The translations under genes were made by a program, and so were the position numbers. A stretch of DNA of 64,000 nt from Antedon mediterranea (lineage: Eukaryota; Animalia; Echinodermata): NCBI RefSeq assembly GCF_964355755.1, contig NC_092679.1, positions 10,027,432 to 10,091,431 on the forward strand. The letters run 5' to 3'. The notes beneath the pieces are model-generated. The model was not told the DNA's origin and did no database searches. It was given only the letters and a program-made list of their open reading frames with translations. Below are positions 25,485-39,707 of this stretch, piece by piece. How positions within the stretch are numbered: the first letter of the stretch is position 1; each line of letters begins with the position of its first letter.

Positions 25485-26366
25485 GGGTATGTTCAGACTC
25501 ACGGAGTTACGGTGGAGTTATCTACGCAAGGCGTACGGTAATCCGTGGCGTTAAAAGTCAAGGTGTTCAGACACAACGATTAGCATTCCAAACGTCTTGC
25601 GTTTAAAGCGGAAGTTCTGTCATACCGAAACGGCCGATGGGATACATACACAATAACAACAACAGAGAGCTGAGAGTGACACGCGCGAAAGTTTACAACA
25701 CTAGCTAGGCCTAGCAATATAATACAATGTTACCTTCAAATGTAATGGTTTTTTTGCCGATTTTTTTTGCAAATCCTTACAGAAGATAGTAATTTCGAAC
25801 ATAATTATTACACGGACAATGACTTTGCCATTATTTGTATGATTTTAATTAATTTTGTGAAATCATGTCACTGACGCCAACTTCGTCAGGAAGAATTTTG
25901 CAGTTTAGATGCAATTTCTTTAAAAACAGCCATCTTGTTGCAGGCGCTAGCTTTCCAATTCCTAATTTCTATCTTGTCTATAAATTCAGGGCTGCCCCAT
26001 AATGAAATCAAATCAGCCACTTCTGTACTTTTCCATGTAACACGTTTCATTTTAATTCGAATGTTGCTGTTGATCTAGGCTAGCTCGAGGAATAGCTATA
26101 TTGTTTTGCTATTAAAAAAAAACCTCGCGAATAGTCTGCTGCTAATTGCGGTCGTGTCTTTTCATTGGCTGACGTTGACCGGAGGTTGAAATCACTGATG
26201 CATCAATGGATTAGCCTTATGAAATCTACCCTCTCCCGCTGGAGTTATTAACGCAACTGGTGCGGAGTAACAGCTCCCTAACGCTAATCCGCGGCATGGT
26301 TCAGACACAAAAATATGTACGCCGCGTACATAACTCCACCGTAACTCCGTGAATCTGAACATACCC
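25485..26366. mobile_element. Non-autonomous PIF/Harbinger-type MITE (882 bp)
   Basis: TIR GGGTATGTTCAGAYTCACGGAGTTACGGTGGAGTTA (36 bp with 1 mismatch, extends imperfectly to ~50 bp); TTA TSD at 25482-25484 and 26367-26369; the empty site AGCTTTAAATCGC is at ~27401. Confidence 0.9.
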
Positions 26367-27937
26367 TTAAATCGCATTTGGAGACGTTTTAGAACATTTT
26401 GTGATTTTCGAAAAAACTTGTTAACATAAAAACATCAAAGTGTACAGAATAGCTTCAAATCGCATTTGGAGACGTTTTAGACCATTTTGTGATTTTCGAA
26501 AAAACTTGTTAACATAAAAACACCAAAGTGCTTAAAATAGCTTCAAATCGCATTTGGAGACATTTTAGACCATTTTGTGATTTTCGAAAAAAATTGTTAA
26601 CATAAAAACACCAAAGTGCTTAGATTAGCTTCAAATGGCATTTTGAGACGTTTTAGACCATTTTGTGATTTTCTAAAAAAGTTTTTAACATAAAAACACC
26701 AAAGTGCTTATAATAGCTTCAAATGGCATTTGGAGACGTTTTAGACCATTTTGTGATTTTCGTAAAAACTTGGTTCCACAAAAACATCAAAGTCCTTAAA
26801 ATTTACATTAGAAACCATTTTAGACCATTTTGTGATTTTCTAAAAAAATTGTTAACATAAAAACACCAAAGTGCTTAGATTAGCTTCAAATCGCATTTTG
26901 AGACATTTTAGACCGTTTTGTGATTTTCGAAAAAACTTGGTTACACAAAAGCACCAAAGTGCCTGGAATAGCTTCAAATCGCATTTGGAGACGTTTTAGA
27001 CCATTTTGTGATTTTCTAAAAAAGTTGTTAACATAAAAACATCAAAGTGTACAGAATAGCTTCAAATCGCATTTGGAGACGTTTTAGACCATTTTGTGAT
27101 TTTTGAAAAAACTTGGTTCAACAAAAACATCAAAGTTCTTAAAATTGACATTAGAAACCGTTTTAGACCATTTTGTGATTTTCGATAAAACTTTTTAACA
27201 TAAAAACATCAAAGTGTACAGAATAGCTTCAAATCGCATTTGGAGACATTTTAGACCATTTTGTGATTTTCGAAAAAACTTATTAACATAAAAACACCAA
27301 AGTGCTTAGAATAGCTTCAAATCGCATTTTGAGACATTTTAGACCCTTTTGTGATTTTCGAAAAAACTTGGTTACACAAAAACACAAAAGTGCTTAAAAT
27401 AGCTTTAAATCGCATTTGGAGACGTTTTAGAACATTTTGTGATTTTCGAAAAAACTTATTAACATAAAAACATCAAAGTGTACAGAATAGCTTCAAATCG
27501 CATTTGGAGACGTTTTAGACCATTTTGTGATTTTCGAAAAAAACTTGTTAACATAAAAACACCAAAGTACTTAAAATAGCTTCAAATCGCTTTTGGAGAC
27601 ATTTTAGACCATTTTGTGATTTTCGAAAAAACTTGTTAACTTCAAAACACCAAAGTGCTTAGAATAGCTTCAAATCGCATTTGGAGACGTTTTAGACCAT
27701 TTTGTGATTTTCGAAAAAACTTGTTACCATAAAAACACCAAAATGCTTAGAATAGCTTCAAATCGCATTTGGAGACGTTTTAGACCATTTTGTGATTTTC
27801 GAAAAAACTTGGTTCCACAAAAACATCAAAGTGCTTAAAATTTACATTAGAAACCGTTTTAGACCATTTTGTGATTTTCGAAAAAACTTGTTAACATAAA
27901 AACACCAAAGTGCTAAGAATAGCTTCAAATCGCATTT

Positions 27938-30002
27938 GTATGGAAAGCCAAACCCGACAAAAATACATAATACATACCATCCACCAATAATTAATTCGTA
28001 CAAAATTCAAACCATCCAATATTATCTCATGCAGTTCAATGAAAACTTAAACCATTCACCTAGTATCTACACCATCCAATACAATGTGTGACCATCTACC
28101 ACTAGCCCAAACGACAATACGCCGAACAAACTACCCATAACACAAACCATCTAAAGAATGTTGAGCCCAGGCAGCAATAATTGAATTAATCTAACGTTAA
28201 TACAAGTATATATTAGCCAACTCATTTATCAACATTTCATTTAGTTCATGAACATTTCAAACAAAGCATCTTAATTATAGTTCATCGAATTCTAATTCTA
28301 ATACATTGCCTGTTTTATACACCGTTCGTCTGTTCAACAGTTTAAACAACTGTTTTGCACACGATACGCCCGTTCGTGAGTTCAAACCATGATATTTGAA
28401 GCATCGACTTTCCAAACGGCGATTTTTCGCACCGAACGTATTTTCTTGAGTTAAAGTGGTTGCATTTCAATCACTTACTTTTGATTGGCCAGTATTACAC
28501 ACCGTTCGCTTGTTCGTGATTTCAAATCATGATATTTGAAGCATCGACTTTCCAAACGGCGATTTTTCGCACCGAACGTATTTTCTTGAGTTAAAGTGGT
28601 TGCATTTCAATCACCTACTTTCGATTGGCCAGTATTACACACCATTCGCTTGTTCGTGATTTCATGTGATAACATTTCATTCGACAACTTTTCAAACCTT
28701 AGCTTTTGGCTCCGCTTACGTATATATCAGTTGATATACTATTTTTTAATGTTCACACTTTCCATACATCAGTTTTGTACATCATTCGCATTTACGCATG
28801 TAAAGTGTAGATATTCCACTCGACAAGTTTTAAAACGGTAGTTTTTTTTTTATTGTTTAATTGTAACTGTTGGCGCCGATTTTATATTGGGGGTGGGGGG
28901 GAGGGAGGTGTTCGGTACTGAATGTGAACAGTACACATTTTTAAATATGGTACATCTACATGTCCGGAAATTACACTCTCTTTCAAAAAAGGGTTTTTTT
29001 TTTTTATTTTGCAATGTTCACATTCAGTACCGAACACCTCCCCCCCCCCCCCCAATATAAAATCGGCGCCAACAGTTACAATTAAACAATAAAAAAAGAC
29101 TACCTTTTAAAACTTGTCGAGTGGAATATCTACACTTTACATGCGTAAATGCGAATGATGTACAAAACTGATGTATGGAAAGTATGAAAATTAAAAAATA
29201 GTATATCAACTGATATATACGTAAGCGGAGCCAAAAGCTAACGTTTGAAAAGTTGTCGAATGAAATGTTATCACATGAAATCACGAACAAGCGAACGGTG
29301 TGTAATACTGGCCAATCGAAAGTAGGTGATTGAAATGCAACCACTTTAACTCTAGAAAATACGTTCGGTGCGAAAAATCGCCGTTTGGAAAGTCGATGCT
29401 TCAAATATCATGGTTTGAAATCACGAAAAGGCGAACGGTGTGTAATACTGGCCAATCAAAAGTAAGTGATTGAAATGCAACCACTTTAACTCAAGAAAAT
29501 ACGTCCGGTGCGAAAAATCGCCATTTGGAAAGTCGATGCTTCAAATATCATGGTTTGAACTCACGAACGGGCGTATCGTGTGCAAAACAGTTGTTTAAAC
29601 TGTTGAACAGACGAACGGTGTATAAAACAGGCAATGTATTAGAATTAGAATTCGATGAACTATAATTAAGATGCTTTGTTTGAAATGTTCATGAACTACA
29701 TGAAATGTTGATAAATGAGTTGGCTAATATATACTTGTATTAACGTTAGATTAATTCAATTATTGCTGCCTGGGCTCAACATTCTTTAGATGGTTTGTGT
29801 TATGGGTAGTTTGTTCGGCGTATTGTCGTTTGGGCTAGTGGTAGATGATTACACATTGTATTGGATGGTGTAGATACTAGGTGAATGGTTTAAGTTTTCA
29901 TTGAACTGCATGAGATAATATTGGATGGTTTGAATTTTGTACGAATTAATTATTGGTGGATGGTATGTATTATGTATTTTTGGCGGGTTTGGCTTTCCAT
30001 AC
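27938..30002. mobile_element. Foldback-type non-autonomous DNA transposon (2065 bp; arms 27938-28930 and 29015-30002, 84-bp spacer)
   Basis: GTATGGAAAGCC...GGCTTTCCATAC ends; the arms are reverse complements along their length; ATTT is duplicated on both sides; the empty site is at ~33030. Confidence 0.93.
28373..28663. repeat. Two tandem 140-bp repeats inside the foldback arm (mirrored at ~29277-29567)
   Basis: GATATTTGAAGCATCG at 28391 and 28531. Confidence 0.9.
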
Positions 30003-33000
30003 ATTTGGAGACGTTTTAGACCATTTTGTGATTTTCGAAAAAACTTGGTTCCACAAAAACATCAAAGTGCTTAAAATCACATTAGAAACCGTTTTAGACC
30101 ATTTTGTGATTTTCGAAAAAACTTGTTACCATAAAAACACCAAAGTGTACAGAATAGCTTCAAATCGCATTTGGAGACATTTTAGACCATTTTGTGATTT
30201 TCAAAAAAACGTGTTAACATAAAAACACCAAAGTGCTCAGAATAGCTTCAAATCGCATTTGGAGACGTTTTAGACCATTTTGTGATTTTCGAAAAAACTT
30301 GTTAACATAAAAACACCAAAGTGCTTAGAATAGCTTCAAATCGCATTTGGAGACATTTTCGACCATTTTGAGAATTTCGAAAAAACTTGGTTACAAAAAA
30401 ACACAAAAGTGCTTAAAATAGCTTCAAATCGCATTTGTAGACGTTTTAGACCATTTTTGTGATTTTCTAAAAACCTGGTAAACATAAAAACACAAAAGTG
30501 CTTAGAATAGCTTCAAATCGCATTTGGAGACGTTTTAGACCATTTTGTGATTTTCTAAAAAAGTTGTTAACATAAAAACACCAAAGTGCTTATAATAGCT
30601 TCAAATGGCATTTGGAGACGTTTTAGACCATTTTGTGATTTTCGTAATAACCTGGTTCCACAAAAACATCAAAGTCCTTAAAATTTACATTAGAAACCGT
30701 TTTAGACCATTTTGTGATTTTCGAAAAAAATTGTTAACATAAAAACACCAAAGTGCTTAGATTAGCTTCAAATCGCATTTTGAGACATTTTAGACCGTTT
30801 TGTGATTTTCGAAAAAACTTGGTTACACAAAAGCACCAAAGTGCTTAGAATAGCTTCAAATCGCATTTGGAGACGTTTTAGACCATTTTGTGATTTTCTA
30901 AAAAAGTTGTTAACATAAAAACATCAAGGTGTACAGAATAGCTTCAAATCGCATTTGGAGACGTTTTAGACCATTTTGTGATTTTTGAAAAAACTTGTTA
31001 CCATAAAAACACCAAAGTGCTTAGAATAGCTTCAAATCGCATTTGGAGACGTTTTAGACCATTTTGTGATTTTCGAAAAAACTTGGTTCCACAAAAACAT
31101 CAAAGTACTTAAAATCACATTAGAAACCGTTTTAGACCATTTTGTGATTTTCGAAAAAACTTGTTACCATAAAAACACCAAAGTGTACAGAATAGCTTCA
31201 AATCGCATTTGGAGACATTTTAGACCATTTTGTGATTTTCAAAAAAACGTGTTAACATAAAAACACCAAAGTGCTTAGAATAGCTTCAAATCGCATTTGG
31301 AGACGTTTTAGACCATTTTGTGATTTTCGAAAAAACTTGTTAACATAAAAACACCAAAGTGCTTAGAATAGCTTCAAATCGCATTTGGAGACGTTTTCGA
31401 CCATTTTGAGAATTTCGAAAAAACTTGGTTACACAAAAACACAAAAGTGCTTAAAATAGCTTCAAATCGCATTTGTAGACGTTTTAGACCATTTTTGTGA
31501 TTTTCTAAAAACCTGGTAAACATAAAAACACAAAAGTGCTTAGAATAGCTTCAAATCGCATTTGGAGACGTTTTAGACCATTTTGTGATTTTCTAAAAAA
31601 GTTGTTAACATAAAAACACCAAAGTGCTTATAATAGCTTCAAATGGCATTTGGAGACGTTTTAGACCATTTTGTGATTTTCGTAATAACCTGGTTCCACA
31701 AAAACATCAAAGTCCTTAAAATTTACATTAGAAACCGTTTTAGACCATTTTGTGATTTTCGAAAAAAATTGTTAACATAAAAACAACAAAGTGCTTAGAT
31801 TAGCTTCAAATCGCATTTTGAGACATTTTAGACCGTTTTGTGATTTTCGAAAAAACTTGGTTACAAAAAAGCACCAAAGTGCTTAGTAGAATAGCTTCAA
31901 ATCGCATTTGGAGACGTTTTAGGCCATTTTGTGATTTTCTAAAAAAGTTGTTAACATAAAAACATCAAAGTGTACAGAATAGCTTCAAATCGCATTTGGA
32001 GACGTTTTAGACCATTTTGTGATTTTTGAAAAAACTTGTTACCATAAAAACACCAAAGTGCTTAGAATAGCTTCAAATCGCATTTGGAGACGTTTTAGAC
32101 CATTTTGTGATTTTCGAAAAAACTTGGTTCCACAAAAACATCAAAGTTCTTAAAATTGACATTAAAACCGTTTTAGACCATTTTGTGATTTTCGATAAAA
32201 CTTTTTAACATAAAAACATCAAAGTCCTAAGAATAGCTTCAAATCGCATTTGGAGACGTTTTAGACCATTTTGTGATTTTCGAAAAAAGTTGTTAACATA
32301 AAAAAATCAAAGTGTACAGAATAGATTCAAATCGCATTTGGAGACGTTTTAGACCATTTTGTGATTTTCGAAAAAACTGGTTAACATAAAAACATCAAAG
32401 TGTACAGAATAGCTTCAAATCGCATTTGGAGACATTTTAGACCATTTTGTGATTTTCGAAAAAACTTATTAACATAAAAACACCAAAGTGCTTAGAATAG
32501 CTTCAAATCGCATTTTGAGACATTTTAGACCCTTTTGTGATTTTCGAAAAAACTTGGTTACACAAAAACACAAAAGTGCTTAAAATAGCTTTGAATCGCA
32601 TTTGGAGACGTTTTAGAACATTTTGTGATTTTCGAAAAAACTTGTTAACATAAAAACATCAAAGTGTACAGAATAGCTTCAAATCGCATTTGGAGACATT
32701 TTAGACCATTTTGTGATTTTCGAAAAAACTTGTTAACTTCAAAACACCAAAGTGCTTAGAATAGCTTCAAATCGCATTTGGAGTTTTTTTAGACCATTTT
32801 GTGATTTTCGAAAAAACTTGTTACCATAAAAACACCAAAGTGCTTAGATTAGCTTCAAATCGCATTTGGAAACGTTTTAGACCATTTTGTGATTTTCGAA
32901 AAAACTTGGTTCCACAAAAACATCAAAGTGCTTAAAATTTACATTAGAAACCGTTTTAGACCATTTTGTGATTTTCGAAAAAACTTGTTAACATAAAAAC

Positions 33001-35911
33001 ACCAAAGTGCTAAGAATAGCTTCAAATCGCATTTGGAGACGTTTTAGACCATTTTGTGATTTTCGAAAAAAACTTGGTTCCACAAAAACATCAAAGTGCT
33101 TGAAATCACATTAGAAACCGTTTTAGACCATTTTGTAATTTTCGAAAAAACTTGTTAACATAAAAACACAAAAGTGCTTAGAATAGCTTCGAATCGCATT
33201 TGTAGACGTTTTAGACCATTTTGTGATTTTCGAAAAAACTTGTTAACATAAAAACACCAAGGTGCTTAGAATAGCTTCAAATCGCATTTTGAGACATTTT
33301 AGACCCTTTTGTGATTTTCGAAAAAACTTGGTTACACAAAAACACAAAAGGGCTTAAAATAGCTTCAAATCGCATTTTGAGACGTTTTAGACCATTTTGT
33401 GATTTTCTAAAAACCTGGTTAACATAAAAACACAAAAGTGCTTAGAATAGCTTCAAATCGCATTTGGAGACGTTTTAGACCATTTTGTGATTTTCTAAAA
33501 AAGTTGTTAACATAAAAACACCAAAGTGCTTAGAATAGCTTCAAATGGCATTTGGAGACGTTTTAGACCATTTTGTGATTTTCGAAAAAACTTGGTTACC
33601 ATAAAAACACCAAAGTGCTTAGAATAGCTTCAAATCGCATTTGGAGACGTTTTAGACCATTTTGTGATTTTTGAAAAAAACTTGTTACCATAAAAACACC
33701 AAAGTGCTTAGAATAGCTTCAAATCGCATTTGGAGACGTTTTAGACCATTTTGTGATTTTCTAAAAAACTTGTTAAAATAAAAATATCAAAGTGTACAGA
33801 ATAGCTTCAAATCGCATTTGGAGACGTTTCAGATCATTTTGTGATTTTCGAAAAAACTTCTTAACATAAAAACACCAAAGTGCTTAGAATAGCTTCAAAT
33901 CGCATTTGGAGAAATTTTAGACCCTTTTGTGATTTTCGAAAAAAACTTGTTAACATAAAAACACTAAAGTGCTTAGAATAGCTTCAAATCGCATTTGGAG
34001 ACATTTTAGACCATTTCGTGATTTTCGAAAAGACTTGTTTACACAAAAGCACCAAAGTGCTTAAAATAGCTTCAAATCGCATTTGGAGACATTTTAGACC
34101 ATTTTGTGATTTTCGAAAAAACTTGTTAACATAAAAACACCAAAGTGCTTAGAATAGCTTCAAATCGCATTTGGAGACGTTTTAGACCATTTTGTGATTT
34201 TCGAAAAAACTTGTTACCATAAAAACACCAAAGTGTACAGAATAGATTCAAATCGCATTTGGAGACGTTTTAGACCATTTTGTGATTTTCGAAAAAAACT
34301 TGTTAACATAAAAACACACAAGTGCTTAGAATAGCTTCAAATCGCATTTGGAGATATTTTAGACCATTTTGTGATTTTCGGAAAAACTTGTTAACATAAA
34401 AACACCAAAGTGCTTAGAATAGCTTCAAATCGTATTTGTAGACGTTTTAGACCATTTTGTGATTTTCGAAAAAACTTGTTACCATAAAAACACCAAAGTG
34501 TACAGAATAGATTCAAATCGCATTTGGAGACGTTTTAGACCATTTTGTGATTTTCGAAAAAACTTGTTAACATAAAAACACACAAGTGCTTAGAATAGCT
34601 TCAAATCGCATTTGGAGACGTTTTAGACCATTTTGTGATTTTCGAAAAAACTTGGTTCCACAAAAACATCAAAGTGCTTAAAATCACATTTGGAGACGTT
34701 TTAGACCATTTTGTGATTTTCGAAAAAACTTGGTTCCACAAAAGCACCAAAGTGCTTAAAATAGCTTCAAATCGCATTTGGAGACATTTTAGACCATTTT
34801 GTGATTTTCGAAAAAACTTGTTAACATAAAAACATCAAAGTGCTTAAAATCACATTAGAAACCGTTTTAGACCATTTTGAGCATTTCGATAAAACTTTTC
34901 ACACAAAAACATCAAAGAGCACAAAATAGCTTAATATCGTATTTAAAAACGTTTTTGACCATTTTGAGCATTTCGACAAAAAATTTTCACACAAAACAGC
35001 AAAGTGTACAGAATAGCTTCAAATCGCATTTTGAGACGTTATAGACCATTTTGTGATTTTCGAAAAAACTTGTTAACATAAAAACACCAAAGTGCTTAGA
35101 ATAGTTTCAAATCGCATTTGGAGACGTTTTAGACGATTTTGTGATTTTCGAAAAAACTTGGTTCCACAAAAACATCTAAGTGCTTAAAATCACATTAGAA
35201 ACCGTTTTAGACCATTTTGTGATTTTCGACAAAACTTGTTAACATAAAAACACCAATGTGCTAAGAATAGCTTCAAATCGTATTTGGAGACATTTTAGAC
35301 CATTTTGTGATTTTCGAAAAAACTTGTTAACATAAAAACACAAAAGTGCTTAGAATAGCTTCAAATCGCATTTGTAGACGTTTTAGACCATTTTGTGATT
35401 TTCGAAAAAACGTGTTAACATAAAAACTTCAAAGTGTACAGAATAGCTTCAAATCGTATTTGGAGACGTTTTGGACAATTTTGTGATTTTCAAAAAAACT
35501 TGGTTCCACAAAAAAATCAAAGTGCTTAAAATCACATTAGAAACCATTTTAGACCATTTTGAGCATTTCGATCAAACTTTTCACAAAAAAAACATCAAAG
35601 AGCACAAAATAGCTTAATATCGTATTTGAAAACGTTTTAGACCATTTTGAGCATTTCGAAAAAACTTGTTAACATAAAAACACCAATGTGCTAAGAATAG
35701 CTTCAAATCGCATTTGGAGACGTTTTAGACCATTTTGTGATTTTCGAAAAAACTTGTTACCATAAAAACACCAAAGTGCTTAGAATAGCTTCAAATCGCA
35801 TTTCGAGACGTTTTAGACCATTTTGTGATTTTTGAAAAAACTTTGTTCCACAAAAACATCAAAGTGCTTAAAATCACATTAGAAACCGTTTTAGACCATT
35901 TTGAGCATTTC

Positions 35912-38611
35912 AATTCATCAATTCAATTCATCGACATTTTTATTCCATAATCAAAATAAAAACATATACAAATACAATACAAATAATAAGATAATGGAAT
36001 GGGATACAAAATAAGCACAAGTGCTTTAAGCATGTAACCCTAACAAAAAGATCAAACAATTAGTACAAACAAAAAGAACAAACCAAAATAACATAATGTG
36101 ATTTACTTAACTTAAATATTTCTATTGTTATAATATTGCTTTAATCTCTGTTTAAACAAACTTAAAGTGGGGGATTGTTTTATATAGTCTGTTAAATTGT
36201 TCCAAATATGTGTTCCTTGGTAGGAAATACATTGCTGTCCGACTTTGGTGCGTTTTAGTTGTGGACAGTAGTTTGACCTGTTTCTAGTTGAGTAATTATG
36301 GAATGAGGCAGATGTACTAAATAAGTTATTAAATGATTCAGGTAATAGATTATGTTTATATTGATACATAAATATAGCAGTGTGTTTCGTATAAAGGTCA
36401 AAAATATTTAATGTTTGGGTTGAAATAAAAAGTGGATGAGAAGGATGCATAAAATGAACATGACAAATATTTCTAAGTGCTTTTTTCTGGAGAATATGTA
36501 TACGGTTTAAGTTTGTAGCAGAAGTAGCACCCCATACTGTGATAGCATACGTTATTCTAGGTAATATAAGTGCATTGTATACTGTTAACAAGATTTTACT
36601 TGATAACATAGACTTCACTTTGTTTAAGACACCAATTATTCTAGAAATACTGTTTGCTACCTCATTTACATGATAATTAAACGATAAAGTTTCATCCAGA
36701 AATAAGCCTAGAAATTTAACTTCAGTAGCTTTTACTATACATTCATTTCCCATCCTCAATTCTAGTGAGGTAGTGTCAGCTGACTTATTTCTAGCCTTAA
36801 ATATAACATATTTTGATTTGTTTACATTTAGCGTTAATTTGTTAGCAATAAACCAGTCCGAAAGTATAGATAACTCCTGGTTCATTGTATCAAAAGCTTG
36901 AGTAATATCATTGTGACTATAAAACACATTTGTGTCATCTGCATACATAATCATGTCTACATGGTTACATGCTAGACTAATATCATTAATGAATATAAGA
37001 AATAATAATGGACCCAATATGGATCCCTGAGGAACTCCAGTGTTTACTGTCATTTTACTAGATGCAGTATTAACAATAAATGTGTATTGTAGTCTTTTTT
37101 TAAGATAGTTTGAGAACCAGTTTAGCGGAACTCCTCTTATACCATAACATCTTAACTTATCTAATAATATATCATGATCGATTGTATCAAACGCTTTTGA
37201 TAAATCAAGGAAAACTCCTAGTGTGAACTCTTTATTCTCAATAGCGTTTGTGATTTTTTCAATCGATTGTATTAAAGCATGACTAGTTGAATGGTGTTGT
37301 CTAAATCCATACTGTGTTTTACTCAGTACGTTATATTTTGAGAGGTAACAAATCGTTTGATCATACACAATCCTCTCAAATATTTTGGAAAAAAAGGGTA
37401 AAATGGAAATAGGCCGATAATTATTTATATCGGAGATGTCACCATTCTTAAATACCGGGATAACTTTAGCAATTTTTATATCAGCCGGGACACAGCCCGA
37501 TGATAATGACGTATTAATAATATGCAATAAAGGTTTTAAAATAAACGGGGAAGCAGATTTTATGAGTTGGGCACTTATACCATCATGGCCAGGAGAAGTA
37601 TTCTTTGTGTTTTTAATATAGTGGTTAAGTTCATGTTCAGTAACAGGCTTAAAAAACATTGAAGAGGTAAAATTTCCCTTTAAGAAAGTTCTGTGGGTGA
37701 TTTCTTCATTTTGAGATTCATGCCTAAATTTATTATTTAGTTTTTCTCCAATATTAATAAAAAAAGAGTTGAATGCATCAGCTTTCTCATCATTATCAGA
37801 GAAAGTCTCAGTACCCAATTTTATTTTTGTAGGCAAATTGGTAGTCTTTTTCCTACCCATTTAGGATTGTCCACGTTTTTTTAATATCTTGTTTATTTCG
37901 TTCAAACTGGACCATATAATATTCTTTTTTCCGATTTCTAATAGTAGTGGTTAACTTGTTTCTAAAATGTATGTACGTACTTTTATTAGTAGTGGTGTTA
38001 TTTTGTTTGTACTTTTTATATAATTTATGTTTTTGAGAGATAGCTCTGGCAATTTCAGCTGTGATCCAAGGAGATTTTAACTTGTTCGCCTTATTTCTAA
38101 TTCGTTTTAAAGGGAAACAATTATCAATTGTTTTATTTAAAGTGTTTGTAAAATTTTGATAAGCAACATTCGCATTATTTGAGAATAGCACATCATTCCA
38201 CTGATTACTTTGTAATTCTTGCAAAAAATACTCCGTTTGTTGAGGAGAATATTGTCGTTTATATACAAATCGAGGATATTGCTTATTATGTTTTTCCAAA
38301 GTATCTACACAGAATATTGGGAAGTGATCAGAAATATCAGTAATAAGTATTCCACTTTTAAGGGACGTAGTAAAAGAATCGATGTTGCAATAAATGTTAT
38401 CAATTATTGAAGCACAATTATCGGATATTCTAGTAGGACTTTTTATGATTGGCTGAAATGACTGAGAAAATATTGTGTCTAAGTGTGATTGGATAGTGTT
38501 GTCGGTAGATTGTTGGAGTAAGTTTATGTTATAGTCTCCCACAAGGTAAGCTTTCTTTTTTTCTAGATTAATCATTTGCATTACACATGTTAATTCATCA
38601 TCAAACTTTTT
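35912..38611 (-). mobile_element. Duplicated 3' portion of the Crack-like LINE
   Basis: Nearly identical to 39508-42207, with the same 3' junction and the same frameshift. Confidence 0.95.
36112..38611 (-). pseudogene. LINE ORF2 copy 1 (partial APE endonuclease plus RT), frameshifted at ~37860
   Basis: VGDYN and SDHFP endonuclease motifs; NYRPISIL, FLDLSKAFD, GVPQGSILGP, YADD RT motifs. Confidence 0.93.
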
Positions 38612-39707
38612 GCTTCAAATCGCATTTTGAGACGTTATAGACCATTTTGTGATTTTCGAAAAAACTTGTTAACATAAAAACACCAAAGTGCTTAGAATAG
38701 TTTCAAATCGCATTTGGAGACGTTTTAGACGATTTTGTGATTTTCGAAAAAACTTGGTTCCACAAAAACATCTAAGTGCTTAAAATCACATTAGAAACCG
38801 TTTTAGACCATTTTGTGATTTTCGACAAAACTTGTTAACATAAAAACACCAATGTGCTAAGAATAGCTTCAAATCGTATTTGGAGACATTTTAGACCATT
38901 TTGTGATTTTCGAAAAAACTTGTTAACATAAAAACACAAAAGTGCTTAGAATAGCTTCAAATCGCATTTGTAGACGTTTTAGACCATTTTGTGATTTTCG
39001 AAAAAACGTGTTAACATAAAAACTTCAAAGTGTACAGAATAGCTTCAAATCGTATTTGGAGACGTTTTGGACAATTTTGTGATTTTCAAAAAAACTTGGT
39101 TCCACAAAAAAATCAAAGTGCTTAAAATCACATTAGAAACCATTTTAGACCATTTTGAGCATTTCGATCAAACTTTTCACAAAAAAAACATCAAAGAGCA
39201 CAAAATAGCTTAATATCGTATTTGAAAACGTTTTAGACCATTTTGAGCATTTCGAAAAAACTTGTTAACATAAAAACACCAATGTGCTAAGAATAGCTTC
39301 AAATCGCATTTGGAGACGTTTTAGACCATTTTGTGATTTTCGAAAAAACTTGTTACCATAAAAACACCAAAGTGCTTAGAATAGCTTCAAATCGCATTTC
39401 GAGACGTTTTAGACCATTTTGTGATTTTTGAAAAAACTTTGTTCCACAAAAACATCAAAGTGCTTAAAATCACATTAGAAACCGTTTTAGACCATTTTGA
39501 GCATTTCAATTCATCAATTCAATTCATCGACATTTTTATTCCATAATCAAAATAAAAACATATACAAATACAATACAAATAATAAGATAATGGAATGGGA
39601 TACAAAATAAGCACAAGTGCTTTAAGCATGTAACCCTAACAAAAAGATCAAACAATTAGTACAAACAAAAAGAACAAACCAAAATAACATAATGTGATTT
39701 ACTTAAC

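Noticed and set aside
28596-29404. Similar ORFs on opposite strands (81 aa and 126 aa)
   Set aside because: Mirror images produced by the foldback arms; no transposase motifs.
23612-34829. Repeated 62-89-aa ORFs (MIFEKTWFHKNIK...) resembling a gene family
   Set aside because: Chance open frames through 88/78-bp satellite monomers.
35912-38611. Reading this copy as an independent 5'-truncated LINE insertion showing site-specific targeting
   Set aside because: The shared flanking satellite variants and constant 3596-bp offset show a segmental tandem duplication.
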